Sequence record: NC_022096.1
Length of the DNA: 64,000 bases
Strand: one strand, 5' to 3'
Shown: positions 1 through 8,967 of the stretch, piece by piece
How the letters are laid out: every line of letters begins with the position of its first letter
Position numbering within the stretch: the first letter of the stretch is position 1
Notes under the pieces: model-generated
The model's database searches: none
Seen by the model: only the letters and a program-made list of their open reading frames with translations
Told to the model about the DNA's origin: nothing
Made by a program: the position numbers and the translations under genes

Positions 1-2
1 GT

Positions 3-2018
3 GTCGTTCTGAAAGCGCCAATCACCCTGCTGGCTGGAGAGACTACGCGCTTCAACTGCTTGCTGGTAACGAATCGCTGCGACCTGACCACGATCAACGT
101 CACCTTTGGCGACTACTCGTCCATCCCGATGACGCCGTTCGTGTATCAGCTCCAGTCGCCCGGCCTGTCAAACTTCAACGCTGTCACCGTCCTCGATGGT
201 CAGATCAACGATGACGGTTCGACTTCGCCTGTGCTCGCCATGCGTTATGGTGGCGGCAGCTTCCAGTGGGCGTTCAGTAACCACACGCGCATCTTCTTCG
301 GGAAGCCCACTGCTGCAACCAGCACCAGCGTGACCATCGATGGTCTCGATCTGGATGAGAACGAAGTGGTCATCGGCCACATCGTCAACGGCAACGGCCT
401 GGGTCAAACTCGTCGCTGGCGTGTGCAGAACGGTCGTCTTGTCGAGGCAGACAATCGTCCGATCAACGGCCTGGATTCCAACTCGACTATCGCTGTTTGG
501 CAGCGTAGCGCTGGTGGCGGACAAGGCGGCGGCGCTTGCAGCTACCCGCCTTCGATGAATGGCGTGCCTGCTGACTGGGTTCTCGTTCGCGGTCATGGTG
601 CTTGCCCGCAGTGGGCTCCGCCTCGCTCTGGTGCTGGTAACACAGCCACGTTGTACTCGCCGCCAAGTCGTCTGACGATGAACACGGTGAGCTATACTGG
701 CGACGGCACCACCGCACGCTACCCGCTGGGTGCTCTTGAGCTGGAGAACGTCAACTACGTCCATCCAGTGCTCGGCGGTGTGAGTCAGCACCGTAGCTCG
801 TTCGACATGGCGGCCAACGAAATCGAGTTCGTGGAAAAGATCCCGATGGGTCTGCCTATCGAACTGCGCACGTACAACCGCATCCCGTCGAATGGTTCGC
901 GCCTGATCATCAAGACGGACTTCTTCGTCGGCGATGGTGTGACGCAGCGGTTCAAGATCAGCCAGCCGATTGAGAACGCCAACTACGTCAAGCCGTATCT
1001 GCGTGGTATTTTCCAGTTCATCACCACGTACACCTACGATGCTGCAACGCAAGAAGTGGTGTTCATCGGTCCTGTGCCTGCTGGCGTGGACGTGGAGCTG
1101 CGTTCATTCCGCTCCGAAGACTTCGAGGGGTCGAGTACCCAGATCAGCACCTACACGTACACCACGCGTGAGGACACACTGTTCCTGGAGTTGCCTATCT
1201 CTCCGCAGTCGGTTGAGTACGTCGAAATCAGCCAGAGTGGTGCGCACATTCACGCGAACCAGTACAGCCTGGTGGACAACAAGATCATCTTTGCAGGCAC
1301 CATTCGCAAAGACCTGGCGCTTGAAGTCACGGTGTACGACAACAAGATCAGCCAGGGCAGCGCCAACACCAACCTCAAAGGCGTGGTCGTCGATGCTGTG
1401 CTCTCCGGCCGTAGCTTGAAGTTGCTGCGCCACGGTGACAAGCCCATCAGCTTGCCGATTCCAGCAATCTCGCTGGAAGCTGGTCCAGGTATGCGTATCA
1501 GCGGACAACATCCGTTCTATCGGATCGAGTCCACAATCGCAAACCAGATGACAGACGCCAACGCCAACTTCAAGCACTCCGACATCCGGACGCAGAAGGA
1601 CTCTTCGGAGATTCAGTTCACTCATCGGGTGAATCTGAGCACCGACGTCATGGTATCTGTCCACGCCGACTTCTCTGCGCAGCTCGGCCCTGGCTTCGTG
1701 TCCGTCGAGGGCTTGGAGATTATGGAGTACGTGGTTGGTTTCCGTACTTCCAAGTCGCGTGAACCTGAGTACGGCCGGCAGATTGCAGGCACGGGTACTG
1801 CTGGTTTCAGCTCCTTGGCGGGAGACAAGAACGAGCGCGCCTACTCCAACGCTTCGTTGACCCAGGTGTATGACGTGATCGTTGCCAACCACGCTGCCGG
1901 TTACATCGACATCGTGGTGAAGATGCGAGTGAAGAACGCAAACGTGAGCCAGTATGGCTCGCTGCTGTCGTTGACCGTAAACATTGTCGGTACTCCGAAA
2001 ATCGCAGCCAGCGAGTAA
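3..2018 (+). CDS. Virion structural (tail/baseplate-associated) protein, 5' end outside window
   Basis: The frame is open from base 3. It has tandem beta-rich repeats beginning YTGDGTTARYPL / FVGDGVTQRFKI / YTTREDTLFLEL, a GDG-x-T-x-x-F module typical of phage tail/baseplate proteins, and lies upstream of fibre genes. Confidence 0.7.
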   Translation, partial: VVLKAPITLLAGETTRFNCLLVTNRCDLTTINVTFGDYSSIPMTPFVYQLQSPGLSNFNAVTVLDGQINDDGSTSPVLAMRYGGGSFQWAFSNHTRIFFGKPTAATSTSVTIDGLDLDENEVVIGHIVNGNGLGQTRRWRVQNGRLVEADNRPINGLDSNSTIAVWQRSAGGGQGGGACSYPPSMNGVPADWVLVRGHGACPQWAPPRSGAGNTATLYSPPSRLTMNTVSYTGDGTTARYPLGALELENVNYVHPVLGGVSQHRSSFDMAANEIEFVEKIPMGLPIELRTYNRIPSNGSRLIIKTDFFVGDGVTQRFKISQPIENANYVKPYLRGIFQFITTYTYDAATQEVVFIGPVPAGVDVELRSFRSEDFEGSSTQISTYTYTTREDTLFLELPISPQSVEYVEISQSGAHIHANQYSLVDNKIIFAGTIRKDLALEVTVYDNKISQGSANTNLKGVVVDAVLSGRSLKLLRHGDKPISLPIPAISLEAGPGMRISGQHPFYRIESTIANQMTDANANFKHSDIRTQKDSSEIQFTHRVNLSTDVMVSVHADFSAQLGPGFVSVEGLEIMEYVVGFRTSKSREPEYGRQIAGTGTAGFSSLAGDKNERAYSNASLTQVYDVIVANHAAGYIDIVVKMRVKNANVSQYGSLLSLTVNIVGTPKIAASE

Positions 2019-2021
2019 GTC

Positions 2022-2513
2022 ATGAACACTACGAACATGGAAAAACTCATCTGCTATGTCAATCTTGACGGCAGTTACGGACGTGCAACTCGGTTACCCG
2101 AAGGAGCTCAGGAAGTAGGAGAAGAAGTCCTGCAGCTCCTTGAGGAGAACCCTGACCTGATCGAAGTTCGCGTTGAGGGTGGTCTTATCCACGTCATCCC
2201 TTCGCTTATTTCCTACAAAGCGGAAGCCTGCGCTACTGTGCGTCGGGCGATCAACAAGCAAGTCCCTGGGGACGAACGCTTGAATCGCCTGATGCGTTCT
2301 ACCGTGCTCGGCATTGGCTGTTTCGATGTCGAGTCCGGTTTGCTCCTTGATGAAAAGGAGACGCGAGGCAATTTCCAAACCCTTGTGCAGTTGGACAACG
2401 ACTTGCGCTACTTGGAGGCGAAATACGTCTCCAAGATCAACCAAGCGCCTGACGTGACCACTGTGGATCATCACCTGGACGTATTCCAGAGAACTCTGCA
2501 AGGTACTGTATGA
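2022..2513 (+). CDS. Hypothetical protein, possibly a tail-fibre assembly factor
   Basis: 163-aa ORF packed between structural genes with an ATGA overlap to the next gene. Function inferred from position only. Confidence 0.6.
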   Translation: MNTTNMEKLICYVNLDGSYGRATRLPEGAQEVGEEVLQLLEENPDLIEVRVEGGLIHVIPSLISYKAEACATVRRAINKQVPGDERLNRLMRSTVLGIGCFDVESGLLLDEKETRGNFQTLVQLDNDLRYLEAKYVSKINQAPDVTTVDHHLDVFQRTLQGTV

Positions 2514-3889
2514 GCGTAAACGGTGTGTCCGACTCTCCTCTTTTGGAGAAAGCAGTCAACGGAGATCAGACAAGAGTGCCGATAGGCGCACCGGTGATTA
2601 CAAACAACAAGAGCCAGATGTCGAAAAGCATCCAGCTCCTGACACCCGGTGCTGATCTCGTTACGCCTGAACTCACCCAGTTCGAGGCGTTCGGCGTGGA
2701 AGGCAAGGAGGCCTTCCGCAATGATAAAACCAAGGGCGTCGAGTTTCGTGACCGTACGTCCCCGAATGACAAGCTGATCGCGGAGTGGGCCTACGATCCT
2801 GTAGAGGGTTGTCTGGTACTGGTTCGCGTCAACAAGAAAGAAGAACGCATCTACGGGTTCCTGCGCCAAGAGTCGCTCGGTGTTGGTCCCACTGGTCCTC
2901 GCGGTAACCCTGGCAAAGACGGCCAAGACGGACGCGATGGGCGTGACGGTGCTGACGGTGATCCTGGCTGCCCTGGCGATCCAGGTCCTCCCGGCGATGA
3001 GGGTTATCCTGGTGCTGAAGGTAATCCAGGCCTCATCGGTATTCAAGGTCCAGAGGGCTGTGAAGGTGCATCCGGCGATCGGGGTCTTGTAGGACCACAA
3101 GGTCGCCCAGGCTTCGAGGGTTCTCGTGGTCTGACGGGCCCCTCTTGCGCAGATGATCGGTTCGGCAACAAGGGCCCGCAAGGTATTGCGTTTGGCAAGG
3201 GTGTCTTGTTCGGCGCTGCGCAGCTTTCAAACCCGGAAGCTGCCATTGTTGGCTTGGACGATGACGGCATCGACGCTGTTGCTCCTCCTGGCGGTTGGGA
3301 CGGTTCTTCGACTCCACCTCCAACTTCGCAGCCGACAAACCCACCGCCACCGCCGACTGCCTCTGCTGGCATTTCTCTGTGTACGAATCACGGTAACGTC
3401 AAGAATAGTTGTGGCAATACCGTTAACGCGTGGTACTCGACATGGGCAAACTACGCGGCGCCCGGCGGTGCCAAGGGCCTGTCCACTCTGCCTATCGCTC
3501 GGCAGAACACGGCGTTCTGGCCGAACAGCATCGTCATGTGCGGCACGCTGCGTAAGAATGCGAGCTACACCTTTGAGCTGTCCACGCCAAACGGTGTCGC
3601 ATCTTCTCTGTTCCTGAACTGCGCTATCGTCCTGCAGACAGATTACGTCGGCGGTACTTCCCGCAAGACCATGACCCTGACAGCAGATTCGTCGATTCGT
3701 CTGCGCTTCCTGAACAACGCCCCACGAATCCCGACGTGGTGCTCGTTGAAGATTTATGACGGTGCTACTGGTGCGTTGCTCTACAAGACAGGACAGAATG
3801 CACAGAATGCGGGCCTTTCTGGCGCAAACGCTTCCTACGTTATCGATCCTAACTGGAGAGGTAACGCTGCTGTTCAACAATACAACTAA
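2510..3889 (+). CDS. Collagen-like fibre protein with C-terminal PA14-like beta domain
   Basis: 29 uninterrupted Gly-X-Y triplets (GPTGPRGNP...GLTGPS), a Pro/Thr linker, and a C-terminal YTFELSTPNG..SLFLN..IRLRFLN resembling the PA14-like end of 5137..8790. Confidence 0.85.
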   Translation: MSVNGVSDSPLLEKAVNGDQTRVPIGAPVITNNKSQMSKSIQLLTPGADLVTPELTQFEAFGVEGKEAFRNDKTKGVEFRDRTSPNDKLIAEWAYDPVEGCLVLVRVNKKEERIYGFLRQESLGVGPTGPRGNPGKDGQDGRDGRDGADGDPGCPGDPGPPGDEGYPGAEGNPGLIGIQGPEGCEGASGDRGLVGPQGRPGFEGSRGLTGPSCADDRFGNKGPQGIAFGKGVLFGAAQLSNPEAAIVGLDDDGIDAVAPPGGWDGSSTPPPTSQPTNPPPPPTASAGISLCTNHGNVKNSCGNTVNAWYSTWANYAAPGGAKGLSTLPIARQNTAFWPNSIVMCGTLRKNASYTFELSTPNGVASSLFLNCAIVLQTDYVGGTSRKTMTLTADSSIRLRFLNNAPRIPTWCSLKIYDGATGALLYKTGQNAQNAGLSGANASYVIDPNWRGNAAVQQYN

Positions 3890-3898
3890 GGTCGTCCC

Positions 3899-4588
3899 AT
3901 GATTGGTTTGACTCGTATTCCCACGGGCATGATCTTCGCCCCAGGCGAGGCCTCACAGACTGAGGTAGTAGTCGAAGACGATCACCTAAAAGCGGCGGAG
4001 CCTGTTGAGTCTGACATCAGTGAAATCGAGAGCGGGTTCTACGACTGGCAACTCGGCATCCTGACACTCGCCATGTACAACGGAACCGTCATCAAGATCA
4101 GCGGTTTCGCCACTGCCGGTAACATCCCTGCGGGCCCTACAGGTCCGCAAGGTCTGCCTGGTAAAGATGGTAAAGATGGACGTGATGGCAAAGACGGTGC
4201 CAAGGGTCCAGAGGGTTGCCAAGGCCCACAGGGTCCACAGGGTGCTCAAGGTGCTACAGGTCCTGATGGTCGTGATGGGCAGATGGGCCAACAAGGTCCC
4301 CGCGGCTGTCCTGGCCCAAAAGGCCCTCCTGGCGAACGTGGACCAACTGGTCCTATGGGTCCATTGGGTCCGACCGGTCCTAGAGGAGAACAAGGTGCGC
4401 AAGGTGCTCCCGGCGCTCCTGGTCCTGCGGGCACAGTGAACATCATCGTCTCTACTACTGATCCTGGTGCAGTTGGCGCCGGTTGGCTGTGGGTTAATCC
4501 AGGTGCGACAGGTGCCCCGAGCGGTGGTTCTGGTGGCGGCGGTTCTACTACGCCTACTGACCCTCCGATTGGGACGCCATGGCCTTAA
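3899..4588 (+). CDS. Collagen-like fibre protein
   Basis: 34 Gly-X-Y triplets; N-terminal GLTRIP..MI head shared with paralogues; C-terminal TTDPGAVGAGWLWVNP fibre motif. Confidence 0.88.
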   Translation: MIGLTRIPTGMIFAPGEASQTEVVVEDDHLKAAEPVESDISEIESGFYDWQLGILTLAMYNGTVIKISGFATAGNIPAGPTGPQGLPGKDGKDGRDGKDGAKGPEGCQGPQGPQGAQGATGPDGRDGQMGQQGPRGCPGPKGPPGERGPTGPMGPLGPTGPRGEQGAQGAPGAPGPAGTVNIIVSTTDPGAVGAGWLWVNPGATGAPSGGSGGGGSTTPTDPPIGTPWP

Positions 4589-4602
4589 GGTAAGGTGAAC
4601 AC

Positions 4603-5124
4603 ATGACAGGCTTGACAAGAGTTCCTCTGAAAATGATCGGTGCCTCAGGGCAGCCCGGCGATGACGTTCGTTTCGACGGACGCGATGTCGCTGTGGTGCC
4701 CAGCACCGAGGACACGAACGACTACGGGCTCACCAGCGGTACGTATGACTCCATCGCTGGACGCCTGACCCTGGTGCTGCGCAACGGCGCCCGCCTCGAA
4801 CTCGACGGGTTCATCACCACTGGCGATATCGGCGTAGGCCCCGCTGGTCCGACAGGCCCCGCAGGCCGCGATGGTCGCGATGGCTTGAACGGCGTAGACG
4901 GCGAGAAGGGCGCCACTGGTTGCCAAGGCCCGGCCGGTCCTCCTGGTCGTCAAGGTCCTCGCGGTGAGCAAGGCATCCCAGGCCCCACGGGCCCCACAGG
5001 CGCTACCGGCCCAACAGGCCCGGCCGGGGAAGACGGCGTTCCGCAAATCTGGATTCAAACAGAAGACCCGGTCATCAAATCCGCAGATCACATAGTCCCC
5101 GGTGCATTGTGGGTGAAGCCGTAA
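4603..5124 (+). CDS. Collagen-like fibre protein
   Basis: 23 Gly-X-Y triplets; GLTRVP..MI head; C-terminal TEDP...PGALWVKP motif. Confidence 0.88.
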   Translation: MTGLTRVPLKMIGASGQPGDDVRFDGRDVAVVPSTEDTNDYGLTSGTYDSIAGRLTLVLRNGARLELDGFITTGDIGVGPAGPTGPAGRDGRDGLNGVDGEKGATGCQGPAGPPGRQGPRGEQGIPGPTGPTGATGPTGPAGEDGVPQIWIQTEDPVIKSADHIVPGALWVKP

Positions 5125-5136
5125 TGGAGTGACAAC

Positions 5137-8100
5137 ATGAGTCGTCTACGCATTCGAGACGCTAAGAATGTCAAATGGATTGACATTTGCCAGAGCGAAT
5201 GGCGTGTGCGGAACCCAGCCAACACGGGCTGGATTCGTATTACTCCGGCGCAGGGCATTAAAGCTCGACACGGTAGCGAGTATTACTGGCTCGACATTGA
5301 CTGTCTTGCAGAAGAAGGGACCGAAGATTGCGGCCAAGACGAATACGGCGGCACACCTGACGGTAAGGGTGAGAACGGCACCGGTCCGGGCAAACCCAGC
5401 ACTGGAGGCGGAGACGGCTCCGGTGGAGGTGGCGATGGCGGCGGTGGAGACGGAGGCGGTAACGGCGGAGACAATGGCTCTAACAACGGCGGCTCTGGCG
5501 ATGGCGGCGGTATCGATAACGGTCCGGATAGTCCGAGCTTCAACGATGGCGACTCCGGCTCCGGTAACGGCGGTAGCGGCTGGCAAGAAGATGCTCCGTA
5601 CCCACCTGGCTTCGACCTGCCTGACTCTGATGGGGACGGTGCCGGCGACAAGGGCGATTGCATCTACCGCCCGGGTTTGAACACCTGTGAGACCAAGCAA
5701 CCTATCGTTGTGCGTCCTGACATGGACTGCGGTACGAAGCGTCCCGGATCGTGGGACTGCCCGTTCGAGTGCCCGGATTCTGTTTCTGGCTCTGGCGCTG
5801 GTATTTCCGAGTTCTACATCAACATGGGCACCGCCTCGGGTAACATCAAGTTCCCGTGGATTGCCTCCGCTGGCGCTAGCTTCGATATTTACTATCGCGG
5901 CAAGCGGGTCGCAACAACCAGCGGCCAGCGTAAAGGCACTGGCGCCTTGACCTTCGTGTTCAACCCGGTGAACAACGACCCGATGCTGTTTGTCCGCGTG
6001 CGCTCCACGTACAAGACCAACACTTGGACGTTGCAGATCAAGTGCGTTGGCGATGACGACGATGACGGCACCATCAACAACCCGCGTCCGTGCCACGGCA
6101 CCTTCGAAGTCAAGAAAGAAGGCGGGCAAGGCACCTACGAGTTCTACCATAACCTTGGGCCGACTGCTGGTCTGACGGACATCCACTATCAAATGTGGAA
6201 TCAGCCAGACAAGATGGAAGTGTTCAACCATGCGGGCGTGTTGATTGCATCGACTGGTGGTTACGTTGCAGGCGAAGCTCACCTGAAATTTCAGCACACG
6301 CCTGGCGGGTCGAACATGGTGCGCGTGCGCATTACTGCGCGTGACCCAGGTACGTCTTGGATTTACCTGATCACCTGCCCAGGTGAAGACGGTAGCGAAG
6401 ATAACCCGCGTGAGTGTTCCGACACCTCAGCAGTTAAGTCTGGCGGTGCAGGCGTCACAGATACCTTCATCGACATGGGTTCGACTGCTGGTAAAGTTGG
6501 CATCCGCTACCAGATGTGGCAGATTCCGGACAAACTGGACGTCTATCAAGAGGGTACGCTCGTTGCGACAACCGGAGGTCCTGTTACGGGAGACCACTGG
6601 CTGTACTTCGACTACGATCCGAGTCGCGGTCAGAAGATTCAGGTGCGCGTCACTGGCTCGGGCGCCACGTCGTGGTCGTTCCTGCATACGTGCCCCGGGG
6701 ATGAAGACCCGAATATCAGTGTCAACTCGCCAAGCGTGCGTGAGGGTGCTGCAGGTGAGTCTCCGCAACTGTGCTGGACCATCACAATGGACAAGCCTCA
6801 GTCGCAACCAGTGACAGTGGACTACGCAACTGGCGGCGGCAACGCAAACCCGGTCGCTGCACAAGGTCGCATCTTGGCTTCCGACCAGTTCAACAATCCG
6901 TTCATCGCCGTTGTTGATCAAGCAAACTTCGGCAAAGTTGCGTTCGATGGGGGCTTCCCCAAGTTCTACAACTCGACCTACGTTGCACCGCAGCCGCCTC
7001 CGACGGGCGCACAGGTGTTCAACACATGGTGGCGTACTGCCGGTGCTGAGTTCTACACCAGCCCGAGCGGAATTCCTAGTGGTAGTGAAGCAAACGCATG
7101 GGCGTACAGTGCTGGGTCGGGCAACATCTCGTCCACAGTGAACTCCGCGAACATCATTTCCTTCATTTCGCCCACGGCATACGATAGCTATACCTTCGAG
7201 GCTACGCTGTCTTCTTCTGCTGCGGACGACGACATGATCGGCTTGGTTGCCGCATACGCTCGCGTCGGTAGTGACAACTACCAGATCATCGCTTCTCGCC
7301 AACGCGGCGGGTTGAACGCCTTCGGTAGCAACTGGTCGCTGGCTCTGGTGAAAAACAACTCTGTCGTGAAAGTGCTGGCGTCGAACGCTGTTGGCGGGAC
7401 GGGAAACTGGAACGGAACACGCACCCGCGTTCGTGTGCAGCGCGATTGTAACCAGATCAACGTCTGGTGCTCGGCTTACGGTAGCGAGACAATCTCGGAA
7501 AGCACCTTGCTGCAGGCTGACCTGACCAGTGAAGATTTGGCAGTGTTCGGCGGTGCTGCTACTCGCTGGGGCTTCACTGCCCAGTCGCAAGAGAACGCCA
7601 CGTTCAGCAGCATCTTCGTGTCTGGTATTGGCTTGCCGCCTGCGTTTACCTACCTGAAGAACATCGCCCTGTGGTCGCGTAAACCCGGCAACAGCAAAGC
7701 GTTGATTTTGTGCGACTCGGCTACGGTTAACCAGTACAACCTGGGCACTGCCGGAATGGCCTTCGGTGTTGGTATGCCGGAGACCCTGCGTTCTGTAGGC
7801 TTCGATGTCACTATGAGGTACCTGCCGGATATGGGGAACAAGATCACTGCCGCGGACTTGGCAGACTACGGCTTCTTGGTCGTGCTGTCTACAGATCACA
7901 CCGGGGTCAACCACGCGACCGGCACCAGTGCAGCCGTCGTGGCGAACTGGGTGAAGAATGGCGGCGGTTTGTTTATCGTCACTGACCACGACGTGTTTCA
8001 AGCTACTGCGAATGCTTTGGCTGCTCCGTACAACATCGAGTTCTACGCTTCCGTCGATCGGAGCCCGGTGAGTGTTGGTCAGATCATCGCGTCGCATGGT

Positions 8101-8790
8101 GATCACCCGGCTTGGGAAGGGTTGAGTTGTAAGTCGATCCCAGCTGGCGGTAGTGAAGGTGCCATTCGCATCAAGCAAGTGCGCAGTGATTACAGCCCGA
8201 TTTCAGGTACTGTTACCTTCGCGCCTGGTGAAACGTCCAAGGAAGTGTGTGCGCCGATCATCGGCAACGACACGCAGGATGGTGACCGTACCATCAACAT
8301 GAACATCAGCAATGCGTCCAAGGGAAACATCACAGTGCCCACAGGTACTGGGACGATCATCGACGACGATAGTGCGCTGTGCCGGCAAAATCCGCAGGGC
8401 GTAGTGTATGAAAGAGCTGGTGGTGGAGATGGTGCTTACCTGATGCACGTTCAGCCTGATTACAACTGTGCGGCAGGCAACACGAAGTACCTGATGATGG
8501 CGAACTTGACGTTCCCGTACACGGGCCCGTACGTTATCACCATGACGTCCGACGATGACTTCGAGCTGTACATCGACTGTAAGAAGGTTGCGTCTGGTCC
8601 GATCGGTACTCGGCAGTACACCGTGAACATCAACGCAGGTACACGCAACGTCATCCTTCGATACTTGAACGTGCCAAACTGTACGCCTGGTTACGCTGGC
8701 TTTACCGCCCGCTACAACAACCTGATGGTGTACTCGACGCGCGCTGCTGATTGGAAGGGTCAAGCCAATAGCATTGGAGAAATCGAGTAA
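5137..8790 (+). CDS. Large multidomain virion adhesin: Trp-rich N-module, Gly/Asp linker, 3 tandem beta-sandwich repeats, split Calx-beta, lectin (TSP-C-like) and GATase-like inserts, C-terminal PA14-like domain
   Basis: Calx-beta halves ISVNSPSVREG..VTVDYAT and SDYSPISGTVTFAPGETSKEV..IIDDD; DDDMIGLVAAY (cf. thrombospondin C-terminal DDDYxGFVFGY); NWVKNGGGLFIVTDH (GATase/DUF4350-like); YVITMTSDDDFELYID (PA14). Confidence 0.8.
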   Translation: MSRLRIRDAKNVKWIDICQSEWRVRNPANTGWIRITPAQGIKARHGSEYYWLDIDCLAEEGTEDCGQDEYGGTPDGKGENGTGPGKPSTGGGDGSGGGGDGGGGDGGGNGGDNGSNNGGSGDGGGIDNGPDSPSFNDGDSGSGNGGSGWQEDAPYPPGFDLPDSDGDGAGDKGDCIYRPGLNTCETKQPIVVRPDMDCGTKRPGSWDCPFECPDSVSGSGAGISEFYINMGTASGNIKFPWIASAGASFDIYYRGKRVATTSGQRKGTGALTFVFNPVNNDPMLFVRVRSTYKTNTWTLQIKCVGDDDDDGTINNPRPCHGTFEVKKEGGQGTYEFYHNLGPTAGLTDIHYQMWNQPDKMEVFNHAGVLIASTGGYVAGEAHLKFQHTPGGSNMVRVRITARDPGTSWIYLITCPGEDGSEDNPRECSDTSAVKSGGAGVTDTFIDMGSTAGKVGIRYQMWQIPDKLDVYQEGTLVATTGGPVTGDHWLYFDYDPSRGQKIQVRVTGSGATSWSFLHTCPGDEDPNISVNSPSVREGAAGESPQLCWTITMDKPQSQPVTVDYATGGGNANPVAAQGRILASDQFNNPFIAVVDQANFGKVAFDGGFPKFYNSTYVAPQPPPTGAQVFNTWWRTAGAEFYTSPSGIPSGSEANAWAYSAGSGNISSTVNSANIISFISPTAYDSYTFEATLSSSAADDDMIGLVAAYARVGSDNYQIIASRQRGGLNAFGSNWSLALVKNNSVVKVLASNAVGGTGNWNGTRTRVRVQRDCNQINVWCSAYGSETISESTLLQADLTSEDLAVFGGAATRWGFTAQSQENATFSSIFVSGIGLPPAFTYLKNIALWSRKPGNSKALILCDSATVNQYNLGTAGMAFGVGMPETLRSVGFDVTMRYLPDMGNKITAADLADYGFLVVLSTDHTGVNHATGTSAAVVANWVKNGGGLFIVTDHDVFQATANALAAPYNIEFYASVDRSPVSVGQIIASHGDHPAWEGLSCKSIPAGGSEGAIRIKQVRSDYSPISGTVTFAPGETSKEVCAPIIGNDTQDGDRTINMNISNASKGNITVPTGTGTIIDDDSALCRQNPQGVVYERAGGGDGAYLMHVQPDYNCAAGNTKYLMMANLTFPYTGPYVITMTSDDDFELYIDCKKVASGPIGTRQYTVNINAGTRNVILRYLNVPNCTPGYAGFTARYNNLMVYSTRAADWKGQANSIGEIE

Positions 8791-8960
8791 TGGCTGTCAG
8801 ACTGCGAGTTCGTCAATCGACTAGCAGTCCGTGGATCGAGAACTTCGATAAGCTCGGGTGGAAGCTAAGGAATAGCTCCAATTCTGGATGGATTCAGATG
8901 CACCCGGGCAACACGAAAGTCCGCTCTTCGGACAACACACGCTGGCTCAATGTGAAGTGA
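8790..8960 (+). CDS. 56-aa Trp-rich small protein (absent from the ORF track), homologous to the N-terminus of 5137..8790
   Basis: Translated by hand: [61 protein letters not shown] overlap with the upstream stop; fills the gap exactly; aligns with MSRLRIRDAKNVKW...WRVRNPANTGWIRITP...KAR...YWLDI. Confidence 0.85.
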   Translation: MAVRLRVRQSTSSPWIENFDKLGWKLRNSSNSGWIQMHPGNTKVRSSDNTRWLNVK

Positions 8961-8967
8961 GGAAACT

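Noticed and set aside
2880-5040. Repetitive GGN-CCN-rich DNA that could be taken for a tandem repeat or CRISPR array
   Set aside because: The periodicity is 9 nt and fully explained by Gly-X-Y coding. There are no identical repeats with unique spacers and no cas genes.
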